From Eubacteriales bacterium (GTDB lineage Bacteria > Bacillota > Clostridia > Oscillospirales > CAG-272): 46,620 bases of DNA. Positions 42,801 through 46,620 of the stretch are shown in pieces (position 1 is the first letter of the stretch; every line of letters begins with the position of its first letter). The position numbers and the translations under genes were made by a program. The stretch is from contig JAZQKM010000091.1 of NCBI GenBank assembly GCA_045542155.1, positions 1 to 46,620 of the forward strand. Reading direction: 5' to 3'. The notes under the pieces were generated by a model. That model did not search any database and had not been told where the DNA came from. It was given only the letters and a program-made list of their open reading frames with translations.

Positions 42801-44571
42801 CTACGTTATCGAGATTGAACTCGAGTGTTCCCGATTCGTGTGCCGCAAGTCTGTCACCTTCGTCTTTACCGATAGAGACTGCAGGAATCCTTGCGTCGTT
42901 ACCAATGGTCATGGTGATGTCACCAAAAACGTTGTTGTAAATGATAACGGCAATCGCACCTGCCTCTGCGGCAAACTGTACTTTTTCTTCAAAGGTGATA
43001 TCGCCTCTCTTAACGAGTGCGATCTTACCGTACATATCAAGGCCGGTATAGTTGACCTTCATACCTACGCCGGGGATGGTAACGTACTCGTATGTTACGT
43101 TATCCCCCTTTGTAATGCCAAGCATTGCAAAGAAGTCGTATTCCTTTCCTGCGGTGTTAACCGAAGGAGTAAAGAAGATTTCATCCTTGCCATTGGCAAA
43201 CATATAATTGTCCTTTTTACCGCTAATGGATGCAACAGACATTGCAGATGTGTAGGTGGAGGGAGAACCTACGGTAGCGGAGTCGGGATTATCGGTCTTG
43301 TTGGTGTTACCTTGCTCAGAACCAAAACCACTGCTGTAATCGTTGGAAGCCGCAACTACCAAAGAAATACCTGCTTGCTCGATTCTGCTGTAAACCTCGT
43401 TCTTATACACCTTATCGGGAGCACTCTCATAAGTGAAGCCGCAGGTGGAACCAAGACTCATATTGATAGCGTCAACGCCAAGAATAACGGAGTCCTCAAG
43501 AGCCGCAATGATATCGCCTTCTTCTGCGCCTTCGTCGTAGTCACTAAAGACCTTCATAATAGCGAGCTGCGCATCGATAGCAACACCGGTGATCTTGTCA
43601 TCCTTACCCGCAATAATGCCGGCTACGTGAGTACCGTGGCTATTTTCGAAAGGCATAATGTCCGGGTCCTTGTCGGCGTAGTCATAGCCAAACGCGATCT
43701 TATTGCCGGTAATGTTACCGTAGTAAACTTCTCTTGCTTCGAGGTCGGGTGTAAACTCCTCCGCCTTGAAATCCTCTTTTTCGAGAAGGTCTGCGATCTT
43801 ATCACGGTTATAATAAGGCTTTTGGACCTCATAACTGTTGAAAGCGGTGTGAGAATAATCACAGCCGGTATCAAGAATGGCAACAATGGTTCCCTTACCG
43901 GTGTAGTCAACACTGCCGCTGTTGAAGATACCGGTTTCGTAAACGTCAACGGGATTTTCAACCGCTGCCGCCGGCAGGTAGGTGTTGGAGATCATAATTC
44001 TCTCAACGCCTTCTACCGCACTGATCTTTTCAATCATGTCGTAGGTGGTCTTAACAAAAGCACCGTCGGCAATATGTACGTAGTTGTAGCTGACGTTGTT
44101 AATCAATCCCTCTGCCATAAGCTGATCGAGCACCTTGTTTTGGTTGGCGGTAAGCTCGTTGGCATAGCTCTTGGCTGCCGCGGTATCCTTAAACTGCTCG
44201 TAAGTCATTTGACTTGCGTATTCCGATCTTGTGTAAGCAGCTACGAGGGAGTCATCGGAAAAGGTAATGATCAAGCCAACAGTACCGCGGAGTTCACTGT
44301 CCGTGATCTTCTTAACCAGATTTTGGTTAAGCGACTTGATAAGATCCTTTTTTAGTTTTGCTGTCACCTCATCTACATCGAACTTAGCGATGCCTGAGGG
44401 AGAAATTGAGGGTGAAGAGCTCTCTTTATCTACGTGTAAAGAGATATTCTCTGCCATAGCACAAATGCCTACAGCCGCTGATTGCAACAGCAAGATGATG
44501 GCAATAAAGGCAGCAAAGCACTTGGACAGCAGTACTCTTCTAGGGGTTTGATGTGTGGATTCTTTACGCAT
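36850..44571 (-). CDS. Cell-envelope S8 (subtilisin-family) serine protease with PA insert, Fn3-like and Big_2 domains, a ~870-aa BspA-type LRR_5 array and a C-terminal TM anchor
   Basis: Catalytic triad motifs VAILDTGCD (D at 43870-43872), HGTHVAG (about 43636) and SGTSMAAP (about 42664). PA domain GKIALVKRGDITFEEKVQFAAEAGAIAVIIYNN. Big_2 WTSSNPKVATVDENGVVTAEAEGNSRITL. LRR units at about 37750-40368. TM VWVIVLIVVGSVLVIGGAATVTVVL. Start set at MRKEST (ATG 44571) behind GAGGAATTCAAA. Confidence 0.9.
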   Translation of the reverse strand: MRKESTHQTPRRVLLSKCFAAFIAIILLLQSAAVGICAMAENISLHVDKESSSPSISPSGIAKFDVDEVTAKLKKDLIKSLNQNLVKKITDSELRGTVGLIITFSDDSLVAAYTRSEYASQMTYEQFKDTAAAKSYANELTANQNKVLDQLMAEGLINNVSYNYVHIADGAFVKTTYDMIEKISAVEGVERIMISNTYLPAAAVENPVDVYETGIFNSGSVDYTGKGTIVAILDTGCDYSHTAFNSYEVQKPYYNRDKIADLLEKEDFKAEEFTPDLEAREVYYGNITGNKIAFGYDYADKDPDIMPFENSHGTHVAGIIAGKDDKITGVAIDAQLAIMKVFSDYDEGAEEGDIIAALEDSVILGVDAINMSLGSTCGFTYESAPDKVYKNEVYSRIEQAGISLVVAASNDYSSGFGSEQGNTNKTDNPDSATVGSPSTYTSAMSVASISGKKDNYMFANGKDEIFFTPSVNTAGKEYDFFAMLGITKGDNVTYEYVTIPGVGMKVNYTGLDMYGKIALVKRGDITFEEKVQFAAEAGAIAVIIYNNVFGDITMTIGNDARIPAVSIGKDEGDRLAAHESGTLEFNLDNVAGPFMSDFSSWGPNPDLTLKPEITAHGGNILSAVVGGEYDEQSGTSMAAPNMCGITVLIRQYVKETFPKLSATEVRDLVNQLTMSTATIALDQKGNPYSPRKQGAGIADIAKSTTTPAYLHVDGINKTKLELKDDPNRTGVYKMSINLTNLSDRTLSYKLGNITMTESISASEPEYVAEMAYLLSNSSEYSVEGGTLVDGVVSVAAGQTAKINVTLTLSAKDKSYLNATFENGMYVEGYLTFTSTEENGIDLNAPFLAFYGDWSEAPIFDLDFYEVETEAHNDAIDDEDKIKADYYATTPLGTYYYDYILPLGSYVYEMDETKYNAIPATQEKAAVSYYADCISGIYGVFAGLLRGAKELNIQIVDTSTGEVVWEDTQYNCYKAHFNGSPYPYLAKFNLPSVDFETGKVLGNNNTKLEVTMSAKLDWEGGENISDSYSFSFYIDYEAPAVISSNFRTEYDKGREENRYYLDLTVFDNHYVMSVRPIAVYEIWDPEKGDIEKTYASLTEYPIPVYQTNRGENTVVTIELTDYLDIIADSTMPNGVTLYLDDYAMNASITYVPFPSTADDGKDLEFMEDEIELDINETFDLTKFLVYEDTTKTVNSDYLHTLKWEVGHWVNDVWEPVDDVLAIENGQIEALKSGTALVRVTSDSWITKTTSNGITVNIPTFKYLTVNVSETVITDNPNSGDNVLLESLEFVSYKTLFAFNSDIDYSEIGRTDSVHYFDGNYSVSCYPSEKIQLTPLLKPWNISEDRYTLSWTSSNPKVATVDENGVVTAEAEGNSRITLKITIDGKTSTLAARLSVEVKSEFIIENRTLIAYKGKGGEVVIPDDEGIIYIGDFAFSHYDLDNEKEVEKDENGYYDLDEKKSAIGNDTVTSVVIPEGVEFINQYAFYNCTALRNVTLPSTCKQIGEHAFEDCIILENVNFDHVKIVSDYAFNNCKSLSCEEIGGAKTSEIYTVGKFGFASTRFSNLTLTHLARIGESAFANCSKLTSVELGSSTRVSSKMFENSGLTSVTVYADSIADDAFAGSKNLKSVVIANDITYLGARAFKDCERLESIEFKKSVEAIGDYAFSGCEKLTGVKLPDGKINIGDSAFDSCKLLTIKLSQNTELAYIGITPFLAYKTNVSIDVADSALYVEENGVIYNKDKTTLVLVIPDSTKTEFVVPANVVKIGSGAFSSLSKLKKVEFAPGSQLTTIEENAFAGCSALTTVVLPEKAISIKEYAFYATSELKTIDLSMVTDIGMYAFAMSYLKNVDLSNVQTIGDGAFYGNQSLETVKLAANVNIGKLAFAESAVKTVDLLGDATIGDSAFYSCAYLTSFDFSEVTGKIGNFAFYKCLSLASVVAPYVTELGEGAFSDCASLSEFSAERLEKINNNAFAPNDEKATYVNKLVSVNLPALTYVGDYAFYGSLSLQSIDLPKVTFIGEGAFALCEALESVALTETLKEVSGYTFYGCTSLTDIDFSHLVKIGEGAFCAVPLPEALSLDNVEYIDGYAFVETLNNNGVEFGTNNLVSVYAPKLTFVGDQAFAGCKKLTSVTAPALESIGYGAFAYTAMEQFVIGDSLKDVDFNIFEGSESFKGLVNSEGLDTVVLENVVLDKGVLYVKSDKGYILTTYPAAKEDPEYAVIEGTVRIEFGAALGNKYLEKVILPSTLKYIGNYAFQGCEKLNTVVFKSYYAPVLEGTMTGEEIKINFENVSDYTGFDSLYKYSFYYLTQSEVAAPYYYSTFIGVVGHKSAADLVAILPDNCEGYDTLIYNAYFTFAEETSGVTAGKYAHAFIEAVNKLPTDVDRFDTLLVNAAITAYNALERHSEDMAFVDESVLTTFKNVRKAYNADVVEGKIAHLFDMDKLEYCFNKVKDAKKAYDALTAEEKELVTNASVLDAKIAALNELYGKTVDFGLSYAENVGVEEDTPIVDDNAEPPQGLQVWVIVLIVVGSVLVIGGAATVTVVLMKKKKQNVSVKEELPVSEKEESSDDNGNTVE

Positions 44572-44666
44572 TTTGAATTCCTCGGTTCTTTGGCTTTTCA
44601 TGCCGTTCAAAAGCTGACCGACATGAGCGAAATTAATAAATGAGTGTTTAGACACTCGTGTCTTTC

Positions 44667-44695
44667 ATTTTACCACAAATTACGCAAAATGTCAA
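44667..44695 (-). promoter_or_regulatory. Strong SigA-type promoter for the S8 protease gene
   Basis: Minus strand reads TTGACA (44695-44690), 17 nt, TGgTAAAAT (extended -10, 44672-44667). The palindrome GACACTCGTGTC (44651-44662) sits at the predicted transcription start. Confidence 0.65.
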
Positions 44696-44797
44696 TGCTA
44701 TATTGTATATATATATACATACTATACATTTCGTCGTTTCGCCAAAAACAGGATGTACTTTAAGTGACATTTTTGTTTAATTTGCGCCCATTTATCC

Positions 44798-44837
44798 GAC
44801 GGCCACCTCAAGCAGCGAGTGGTCGTTTTACTTTTTT
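44798..44837 (+). terminator. Orphan terminator-like hairpin on the plus strand, with no plus-strand ORF upstream
   Basis: GACGGCCAC (44798-44806) / GTGGTCGTT (44819-44827; two G-T positions that would be G-U pairs in RNA), followed by TTACTTTTTT. Confidence 0.3.
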
Positions 44838-45085
44838 AAAAATAAAATTTACGCTTTTTTAACATTTAGAAATACGCTTTAATTCAAATTTGCAATTTTT
44901 CAGTTGAAACTTTCAAAAACCCCTGCCCTTGTACCAAATCAGAGATTCTTATTCTTTGTATTTTAACAAGCAAAAAGGGGGGGCTGAGTCTTCAGATGCA
45001 GAAGGCGTGGTTTGGAGTATCGTAGGCGTACAAAGGTACAGCTAAGAGACAAAACGCGACTAAAAAGCCACATAAAACGAGGAAA

Positions 45086-45108
45086 CCCGCCGAAAAAAAT
45101 TCGGCGGA
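45086..45108 (-). terminator. Intrinsic terminator-like hairpin downstream of repeat module 1
   Basis: CCGCCGAA / TTCGGCGG stem. The minus-strand tail is GTTTCCTCGTTTT. Confidence 0.5.
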
Positions 45109-45188
45109 TTTCGGCATAAAACTATATTTTTAGTTGATCTTTATCTTTGTTTATAGGGGTGGCTTTTGTGCTGTACTAAATGAATCAG

Positions 45189-45415
45189 CCTCTTTTGTAA
45201 GTTTCGACCAAAGGTCGAAATTATCTCTTGGAGTTTTAAGAACGCCGTTTGATATCGTGAATATCGTAAAATATCGTGCGATAGCGTGTATTTATCGTGT
45301 GTTTTCGTGCGATATCGTGAACATCGTGAGTATCGTCGCATAAAGTGTTGCACCAAATTTGCACCAAAATCACACCAACATTCAATGCTGTTCTGCTCGA
45401 CAAATTGGAATTTGT
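45189..45415. repeat. Non-coding repeat module, copy 1 (227 bp): hairpin, nine 10-bp ATCGTG iterons, three TTGCACCAA-type repeats
   Basis: Aligns end to end with 46319-46556 (about 24 mismatches plus one 11-nt indel by hand alignment). ORFs predicted inside the two copies are in different frames. Confidence 0.85.
45251..45340. repeat. Iteron array, copy 1: nine contiguous 10-bp units of consensus (A/G)ATATCGTG(A/N)
   Basis: gatatcgtga atatcgtaaa atatcgtgcg atagcgtgta tttatcgtgt gttttcgtgc gatatcgtga acatcgtgag tatcgtcgca, with exact 10-bp phasing. Confidence 0.8.
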
Positions 45416-45424
45416 GTAATAGAT

Positions 45425-45997
45425 TTATCTAAGCATTTCAGCTTTCTCCCATGATTTCGGAAAACGTTTTTTCATAAATTCTTTTTTAGACTCGTTATCC
45501 ACATAAAACTTTTCACGGATAATTCCCTTAGCGATAAAGTCCACTAATTCATTTTGTCTTTCTGCTGATTGCTCGTTATACCGAAGGACTACCAATTTCC
45601 CGTCTGCTTCATATTTCAATAGTTCCTCATACACATCGGGAATGTATATCACTTCTGTCACTTTAGCATTCATTGAACAGTAAAACATATTTGTTCTATT
45701 CTCTACAACTTTAATATCCGTACTATCGGGAATGCAATACAAATACCCCGAAACTCCGTGATAAAAGGTTTTTAGCTGGTCTGGAAACTGCTCTTCATAA
45801 TATGCAGTATCATTTTTAGCCCATCCTGTCACATGCTTAGCACTGCAGCCATTATGTTCTGCATCCCACAGATAAAAGAGTGCATAAGGAATATTGTCAG
45901 TTAAGTAGACGACCTTCTCTGCTGTATTATGGAGCTTGGAACGTGCTTCCAGCTCCATAATGCCAGGGGTACAGGAACCATGATAATAACACTTCAA
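45425..45997 (-). CDS. Hypothetical protein (190 aa) with possible H-Y-E ADP-ribosyltransferase-fold motifs; AT-rich cargo gene between the repeat modules
   Basis: There is no ATG at the ORF start. TTG at 45997 follows GGGGGGTGAG by 6 nt and gives MKCYYHGS.... Promoter P3 lies about 35 nt upstream. Motifs: YYHGS, VVYLTDNIPYALFY, VTEVIYIPD. Confidence 0.65.
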   Translation of the reverse strand: MKCYYHGSCTPGIMELEARSKLHNTAEKVVYLTDNIPYALFYLWDAEHNGCSAKHVTGWAKNDTAYYEEQFPDQLKTFYHGVSGYLYCIPDSTDIKVVENRTNMFYCSMNAKVTEVIYIPDVYEELLKYEADGKLVVLRYNEQSAERQNELVDFIAKGIIREKFYVDNESKKEFMKKRFPKSWEKAEMLR

Positions 45998-46038
45998 AAT
46001 ATACTCACCCCCCAAATTCAAGTTTATCGATTAGTTAG

Positions 46039-46067
46039 ATTATACCATAAAAACGGTGAAAAGTAAA
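46039..46067 (-). promoter_or_regulatory. SigA-type promoter (P3) with the shared CCTATTTACTTTT -35 block
   Basis: Minus strand reads GTCCTATTTACTTTTCACCGTTTTTATGGTATAAT: TTTACT (46067-46062), 17 nt, TGgTATAAT (46044-46039). Confidence 0.6.
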
Positions 46068-46084
46068 TAGGACGGCCAAAGAAA

Positions 46085-46267
46085 ATGAAATCACCTACGG
46101 TGATGAAATCCGCTTTAGCGGATGAAATCTTCACTACGTTCAGATGAAATCCGAGGCAAGCCTCGGGTGATATGAAATCTGCCACCATAACCCGACGAAG
46201 TCGGATTTCATCGCGATAGCGATTTCATCCACGTAAGCGGATTTATTCTGCCACAGGCAGATTTCAT
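46085..46267. repeat. Inverted array of octamers: five ATGAAATC followed by four GATTTCAT/GATTTAT, interleaved with short hairpins
   Basis: ATGAAATC at 46085, 46103, 46122, 46144 and 46172. GATTTCAT at 46204, 46221 and 46260, and GATTTAT at 46240. ATGAAATCTGCC (46172) is the exact complement of GGCAGATTTCAT (46256-46267). Confidence 0.75.
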
Positions 46268-46294
46268 TGCACCTCAGTTCATCCAAGAGATAAC

Positions 46295-46326
46295 AAAAAA
46301 GGCTCTGCATATGCAGAACCTTTTTT
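46295..46326. terminator. Bidirectional intrinsic terminator at the edge of repeat module 2
   Basis: A6, GGCTCTGCAT/ATGCAGAACC (one mismatch), T6. Confidence 0.65.
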
Positions 46327-46556
46327 GCAAGTTTCGACCTTTGGTCGAAATTATCTCTTCGAGTTTTAAGAACTCCGTTTAATATCGTGAATAACGTGAA
46401 ATATCGTGTAATATCGTGCATTTATCGTGTGTTTTCGTCGCGTTTACGCAGGATATCGTGAATATCGTGAGTATCGTTTGATAAAGTGTTGCACCAAATT
46501 TGCACCAAGATCACACCAACATTTAACGCTGTTCTGCTCGACAAATTGGAATTTGT
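46319..46556. repeat. Non-coding repeat module, copy 2 (238 bp)
   Basis: Direct repeat of 45189-45415. Same order of hairpin (46332-46350), iterons (46381-46480) and TTGCACCAA repeats. Confidence 0.85.
46381..46480. repeat. Iteron array, copy 2: about ten 10-bp ATCGTG-type units
   Basis: aatatcgtga ataacgtgaa atatcgtgta atatcgtgca tttatcgtgt gttttcgtcg cgtttacgca ggatatcgtg aatatcgtga gtatcgtttg. Confidence 0.8.
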
Positions 46557-46620
46557 CACCCTGTATAGTTTTTGTGGAAATGGCATTTTTCCTGTCTGCA
46601 TTGATTGTTCAAGTGTGAAC

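Noticed and set aside
44572-44655. Upstream GTG (44655) or ATG (44601) as the start of the S8 protease, as in the raw ORF.
   Set aside because: The GTG lies only a few nt downstream of the -10 box, at the predicted transcription start. Neither candidate has an SD, whereas ATG 44571 follows GAGGAA by 6 nt and is followed by a positively charged n-region and a TM/signal segment.
45251-45340. CRISPR array as an explanation for the short repeats.
   Set aside because: The units are only 10 bp and contiguous with no spacers, there are no cas genes in the window, and the array is duplicated as part of a larger module.
45134-45356. Small ORFs inside the repeat modules (45134-45343 plus strand, 45141-45356 minus strand, 46140-46421 minus strand, 46427-46618 plus strand).
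   Set aside because: The two module copies are about 89% identical in DNA, but the predicted peptides are in different frames and unrelated in sequence. Their translations are dominated by the iteron periodicity (RYSRY.., DIVNIV..). They are not coding.
45189-46556. Diversity-generating retroelement template/variable repeat pair.
   Set aside because: The mismatches between copies are not adenine-specific (C/T, G/A, G/T changes plus an indel). Neither copy lies inside a coding region, and no reverse transcriptase is present.
45189-46556. IS element, MITE or transposon with terminal inverted repeats.
   Set aside because: The two modules are in direct, not inverted, orientation. No transposase ORF lies between them, and no target-site duplication was apparent at the boundaries.

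Overview
46.6-kb window with about 27 credible genes, all on the minus strand, from what looks like a Clostridia-type Firmicute (inferred from extended -10 SigA-like promoters, lipoboxes and Listeria-Bacteroides repeat domains). From 4285 to 44571 the genes run in one direction with tiny gaps or overlapping stop/start codons. This block is dominated by cell-surface and transport functions. It holds a 2573-aa subtilisin (S8) protease fused to a BspA-type LRR array, a Listeria-Bacteroides-repeat lipoprotein, and a five-gene Opp/Dpp-type peptide ABC transporter with oversized components. It also holds a 2869-aa LRR giant protein, a Bat-like MoxR / DUF58 / BatA-VWA / double-VWA operon headed by a polytopic membrane protein, a 923-aa LRR lipoprotein, and a 1122-aa Ig-like lipoprotein with a large unassigned acidic helical domain. 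The left end (1-5181) carries small housekeeping genes: a partial FAD oxidoreductase, an XRE regulator, two small membrane proteins, a lipoprotein, tag, a yjbR-like gene, DUF3795 and a sugar-phosphate isomerase. These have recognisable promoters and intrinsic terminators. The most unusual stretch is the right end (44.7-46.6 kb). Two ~230-bp non-coding direct-repeat modules (~89% identical by eye) are packed with 10-bp-phased ATCGTG iterons, TTGCACCAA repeats and a conserved hairpin. They bracket an AT-rich single gene whose product has H-Y-E ADP-ribosyltransferase-like motifs. Next to that gene is an inverted array of ATGAAATC/GATTTCAT octamers. I saw no rRNA, tRNA, CRISPR array, transposase or integrase. 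All family assignments come from motif recognition by eye, and no database search was run.
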